A stretch of DNA of 64,000 nucleotides from Nemertoderma westbladi (taxonomy: Eukaryota > Animalia > Xenacoelomorpha): NCBI GenBank assembly GCA_032718475.1, contig JAUCBJ010008389.1, positions 62,001 through 126,000 of the forward strand, read 5' to 3'. Within the stretch, counting starts at the first letter, position 1; every line of letters starts with the position of its first letter. Position numbers and translations under genes: made by a program. Positions 59,376 to 64,000 of the stretch are shown here, in pieces. Below the pieces are notes generated by a model. It searched no databases, was not told the DNA's origin, and worked only from the letters and a program-made list of their open reading frames with translations.

Positions 59376-59947
59376 CTGGCAAACTCCCAGTAGTAGTCTG
59401 CCCCTACAAGTAGTTGTACTGGAAATGTATCATGTGAGTCTGACATTAATGTAGGATCTGCGAGATCTGTTGCCTTGAGTGAAAGTTTTGCTCTCCATTC
59501 ACTAGAAGTTATATTATTTTGTAATGGCTCACATATTTTTGGTACAACAACTGCTTCTATAGCAGCAATTGACCCATTCCGCAACAACAAGTTTACTTTG
59601 AATATCCGGTGATTTAGCGCAACCTTCTTGCCTCCACCAAATCCTTGAACGGACATTCTTTCTTATCCAATTGGCCTTAAATTATGCTCGTTAACAAATT
59701 CTTGTGTAATGAATGTCCAACAGTCTTCATAGAGCATCAACTTGTGATATTCTGAGAGACAAAGTATTCTGCTACACGTTTAGTATAGAAGCTAAACTTC
59801 TTAGTGTAAATAGCTTTAGTAACCATCAACCAAACGCAGGTAAAGTACGTGACGCGCATAAATTTTAAAATATATTTTTTTTAATGTAAGTCCAAAATCC
59901 AGCGAATTGAGCACCTTGAGGTAATAAATGAGTCCGCAGCAGCCAAG
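59376..59947. repeat. ~570-bp direct duplication of 46789-47359
   Basis: ctggcaaactcccag...gcagccaag present on both sides of the young BEL element with few differences. Confidence 0.9.
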
Positions 59948-61164
59948 AGGTAATATTGCTGTTTCCAAAACAGCCTTTATTGACATTTCAAACTTAACAA
60001 TATTGAGGGAATTTGATGTAAAACAAAGTAAAGTACGTGAGGTAGACATATCGTTTTGCAGGCTTCAGTTGCGGGTGGATAGAGTTGTCATCCAATAGAC
60101 GCCGAGCTCCGGGTGGCCTGATGGGCAGGATTCACAGTGTGTGATGCGCTGGCACTGCTTAAGTGGTCAGTTATAGTCCATACAACTGTCACCTACTTTA
60201 CGAAAAAAAAATTTTATGTCACGTACTTTACGAAAAAATATTTTTATGTCACGTACTTTACCATTGTAAATGTGTCAAAAGCACAGAATTTTCGAGAAAT
60301 GTTCTACGCAAAACATGTAAATATACTTTAATATTGTAGATTCCACTTTTAGTTACCTTGGAGCTAAATTTGACTTTATAAAATAAAATAATACATATTT
60401 TTGGTAAAGTACGTGACATTCAAATTGCCTCATGCAAAAATCAAAAATATTAGTCAGTCAACTCGTTTTAGATCATGAACAACGTGGCATCGCATTCCCA
60501 AAATGTATATATTCCATCTGAAAAGGCTGAAAATAGCAAAACTGTATTGCATTATATCAAATTTTCAAAATACAAAATGTCTCTAATTTTTAAAAAAAAG
60601 TTGAAATTTTAACGCACCAGCTACCAGAGCAATTTACGATACTAGAATTTATATATTTGAGATTTATAGTTTCAGATTCGTATTCTGCGATAAATTTCGA
60701 TCTAGTAAAAGTTCACAAAAGCCAACCATACCTAATTTTTAGAAATGAGCCCTTGGTTGACGTTATCGTGGAACGTGCCAAATACAGTTGACGTCAATCA
60801 ATTTAACCGTGAGTAATATTCTGTAGAAATTCTGGGGTGTGTCTATAGAAATTTATATAGACCGCATTAATCGCCACCGCAAGCTGTTACCACTTACGTC
60901 AACCAATTTAAGCGTAAATAAATATTTCCATTGAAATTTAGGAAGTTTTTCAAAAAAAAAATTATCTCAGGACAATAGCGATTAAACCGGTTGAGTGGTT
61001 AAAATATACCCGTTATCCCGATAGCCCATCATTATATTATAAATACGTCGTAAAATACTTTATTTCATCATTCGGGTTAATTGATTATTTCATATTTTTT
61101 CGTGCATTGTTTTAGCACAATATTATTGATTATTTTTACACTTAATATTTCACAAAATTTGTCG

Positions 61165-62420
61165 ATGGAATCTGTGAAACCGCCACAATCAAAAATGACG
61201 CCATTAAGTGGTAGCTCTACTAGCAGTGTACCCACCCCATACGTAACAGTGGCTACGGGTAAGAGTTCGTGGAGTCTCGAGTGTTTGGAAGAAGGAATAG
61301 AAATAAAAGCATTTAATGGGAAATACGTTTGATTCAATCGTTGGGGTGATGCCAACAAAGGACGCAATGTCGTGCAAGAATCGGTAAGTCTTACTTACCA
61401 GAACATAAGATTCCTATTTGACTTCCTCAATTATAAGAAAATAGCTATTGAATATTATAAGGAATACACCAGAGGTAATTTGTTTATAACACCCATAAAT
61501 CACGCGTACTTACGCATTGGGAAAAACGGCGCATCAATCTTTATCTCGCGAAGAATTCTAGATGTCTTACAAAACATCTACGCCAAAGCCGTTCTTTCCC
61601 GTATTGAACCAAAAAAGAAGGAAATTCACGATGAGAATTTTATGGAGTTCGAAGATTGTGGGTACATTGGATATATCTACGACTTTGAAGGGCAACGATT
61701 TGTCGGCGTTTGGGAAGCGGATGATATAGGTAGACAGCGGAAGGGTGTTCTATATTACAATGGGTTGAATCTCAGAGCGGATGAATTCTGTTTGCTCGAC
61801 TTTAACATAGATAAGAATGTCAGGAGAATATCGACGAGGTTAGTATAAGGTACACATCGATCGTTAACGAAAACGGGATATATTTGTCCCACAACTTCGA
61901 CACCAAGGTTATTTTCATCCCTCGAAACAACGCAAATGTCAAGATAATTAAGGAATTACAGAAGTACGCGGGCCACTATATTCCGACTGGGTGTGACTTT
62001 CTACCGATTAAAAAGTTAGTTGTTGAGGCTGCGATTGATGAATTAGCGGGCGAGGAACCCATGAAAGTGGAAATGCTGAACAACGCTAGTCAGCTGAAGA
62101 CGTCCGAAGCAGTAAAAGTCACTGCTAAGAAAATGGATGAGAAAAAAATCTGGTTGCCGACGATTGCGGAAAGTGAACTAAGAGGCAGCGCTGAAAAAAA
62201 GAATGATTATAAGGATATTGATACCCTCGTTGGGGGTGTGAGCGCTCAGATGAAGATGAAAACACCTAAAGCCATGAAAGAACAAGCGCTTAAGCGAAAA
62301 ATTGATCTCGTCGTGAATAAAACACCTAGCTATGAGTATGAAGATATCAGCGACTTTGAAGAGGACATCGTGGATGATGAAGTCATACCTCAAATAAAGA
62401 AGATTAAACATTCAGTGTGA
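61165..62420 (+). pseudogene. Maverick terminal gene with PC4-like ssDNA-binding motifs (one in-frame stop, one frameshift)
   Basis: ORFs 61081-61332 and 61372-61848 are in frame across one TGA. A frameshift near 61820 links them to 61884-62420. Motifs IKAFNGKYV*FNRW...SVSLTYQNIRFL and IYDFEGQRFVGVW...NGLNLRADEFCLL. TATAAATA at ~61038. Confidence 0.55.
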
Positions 62421-64000
62421 ATATTTCGAGCGGTAGAAACTTTATTATTATAAATAGGTCGCGTTCGTAGGTGGTGTCGCTGTATCGAGTCAGACATGGT
62501 TAAATAATTATTATTATTTTGTGGTAGAAAATTATAAATTTGTTAAATTATTTGTTGGTATAATTAATTATCGGTTGAAATATTTGTTGGTATAATGATA
62601 ATATTATAAATACAATAACCTTACTTCGTCGTAGCTCGCCCCACTACTCATTAATGGCACCCATATGCTAAGGCTTCACTCGCTTCATGGCTCGCCCCAT
62701 TTTTTCAATGTTGGAAGGAATGATGGGGATGTTGGGTGATGGTGGTGGTGGTAATGATGCTGAGGATGAGGAAGAAGACTGGGCGGATGGCGATAGCGGG
62801 ATAAGCGGGTGAGGTGGTGGGAGAAATTTTTAAACCTTTTTTAGTTGTTGCGTCATAACATTACTTCGATGCTATCACTCACTTCATGGCTCGCCCCATA
62901 GGTAGAATAATCAAATTAAAATAATATTATAAATACTATAACCTTAACCCATATGCTAAGGCTTCACTCGCTTCATGGCTCGCCCCATTTTTTCATCAAA
63001 TCACGAAATCATGTTAAAGACTTTATAACAAACGTCTGCAACCCACTTACTATATTGGGTTTTACCTATTGCGGTTCAAGGTCAAACGCCAATCACTCAC
63101 TTCATGGCTCGCCCATAAGTCTGTGTTTATTTACCTTTTTAGTTGTTGCGTCATAACCTTACTTCGATGCTATCACTCACTTCATGGCTCGCCCCATAGG
63201 TAGAATAATCAAATTAAAATAATATTATAAATACTATAACCTTAACCCATATGCTAAGGCTTCACTCGCTTCATGGCTCGCCCCCATTTTTTCATCAAAT
63301 CACGAAATCATGTTAAAGACTTTATAACAAACGTCTGCAACCCACTTACTATATTGGGTTTTACCTATTGCGGTTCAAGGTCAAACGCCAATCACTCACT
63401 TCATGGCTCGCCCCATAAGTCTGTGTTTATTTACCTTTTTCAGTTGTTGCGTCATAACCTTACTTCGATGCTATCACTCACTTCATGGCTCGCTATTATA
63501 AATACTATAACTTTATACTCACTTCACGGCTCGCCCCACAACTAGTTGCTTAGCAATAACTATAGAATTGTAATATTGGTGGCTGTCGTTAGTTGAATAC
63601 AATAACCTTACTTCGATGCTATCACTCACTTCATGGCTCGCCCCATAAGTCTGTATTTAGTTACCTTTTTAGTTGTTGCGTCATAACCTTACTTCGATGC
63701 TATCACTCACTTCATGGCTCGCCCCGTAGGTTGAATAATCAAATCATGTTAAAGACTTTTATAACAAACGTCTGCAACCCACTTACTATATGGGGTTTTA
63801 CCTATTGCGGTTCAAGGTCAAACGCGTGCGGTAGCCGCCGTTAGTCTGTGTTTATTCACCTTTTTTAGTTGTTGCGTCTGTAATAGTCTATCATGTTAAA
63901 GACTTTTATAACAAACGTCTGCGACCCACTTACTATATTGGGTTTTACCTATTGCAGTTCAAGGTCAAACGCCAACCGGTAGACGCGAATTAATTAAATT
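61827..64000. repeat. Right arm of long inverted repeat (runs off the window edge), with 300-bp tandem units and partial units
   Basis: Reverse complement of 41585-43476, with extra rearranged subunits at ~63470-63960. Confidence 0.95.

Larger units (their letters stand above)
41367..64000. mobile_element. Defective Maverick/Polinton with nested LTR elements; right end lies beyond the window
   Basis: Begins AGTAGTATGG. 41585-43476 is inverted at 61827-64000. Contains Polinton integrase C-terminus/chromodomain and penton remnants. No pPolB, ATPase, protease or major capsid gene seen. Confidence 0.8.

Noticed and set aside
59820-60765. Possible TIR element with AAAGTACGTGAC subterminal repeats
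   Set aside because: Repeated motifs are present, but the candidate ends match only ~10 bp and no TSD was found; boundaries unsupported.

Overview
Repeat-dense, AT-rich eukaryotic (metazoan-like) genomic DNA; the species cannot be determined from the sequence. Host genes: an intronless CDT1 (10974-13625, minus) with a PIP degron and a 30-bp coding minisatellite, and the last two exons of an unidentified low-complexity AT-hook protein gene (37308-40496, minus). The rest is nested mobile DNA and tandem repeats. These include a CRE-type non-LTR remnant split by a foldback/MULE-like MITE (9-bp TSD), tandem Helentron/HINE-like elements, and 36-, 21-, 68- and 16-bp tandem arrays. The 16-bp satellite hosts a young 5'-truncated RTE-like LINE and an intact Mag-type Ty3/gypsy element. 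From 41367 to the window end lies a defective Maverick/Polinton: AGTAGT terminus, about 2-kb gene-containing inverted arms, integrase-tail and penton remnants and a PC4-like gene. It is invaded by an old BEL/Pao pol fragment and a young BEL/Pao derivative that keeps only a 1649-aa gag-protease ORF. All family calls come from motif recognition by eye; no database searches were run.
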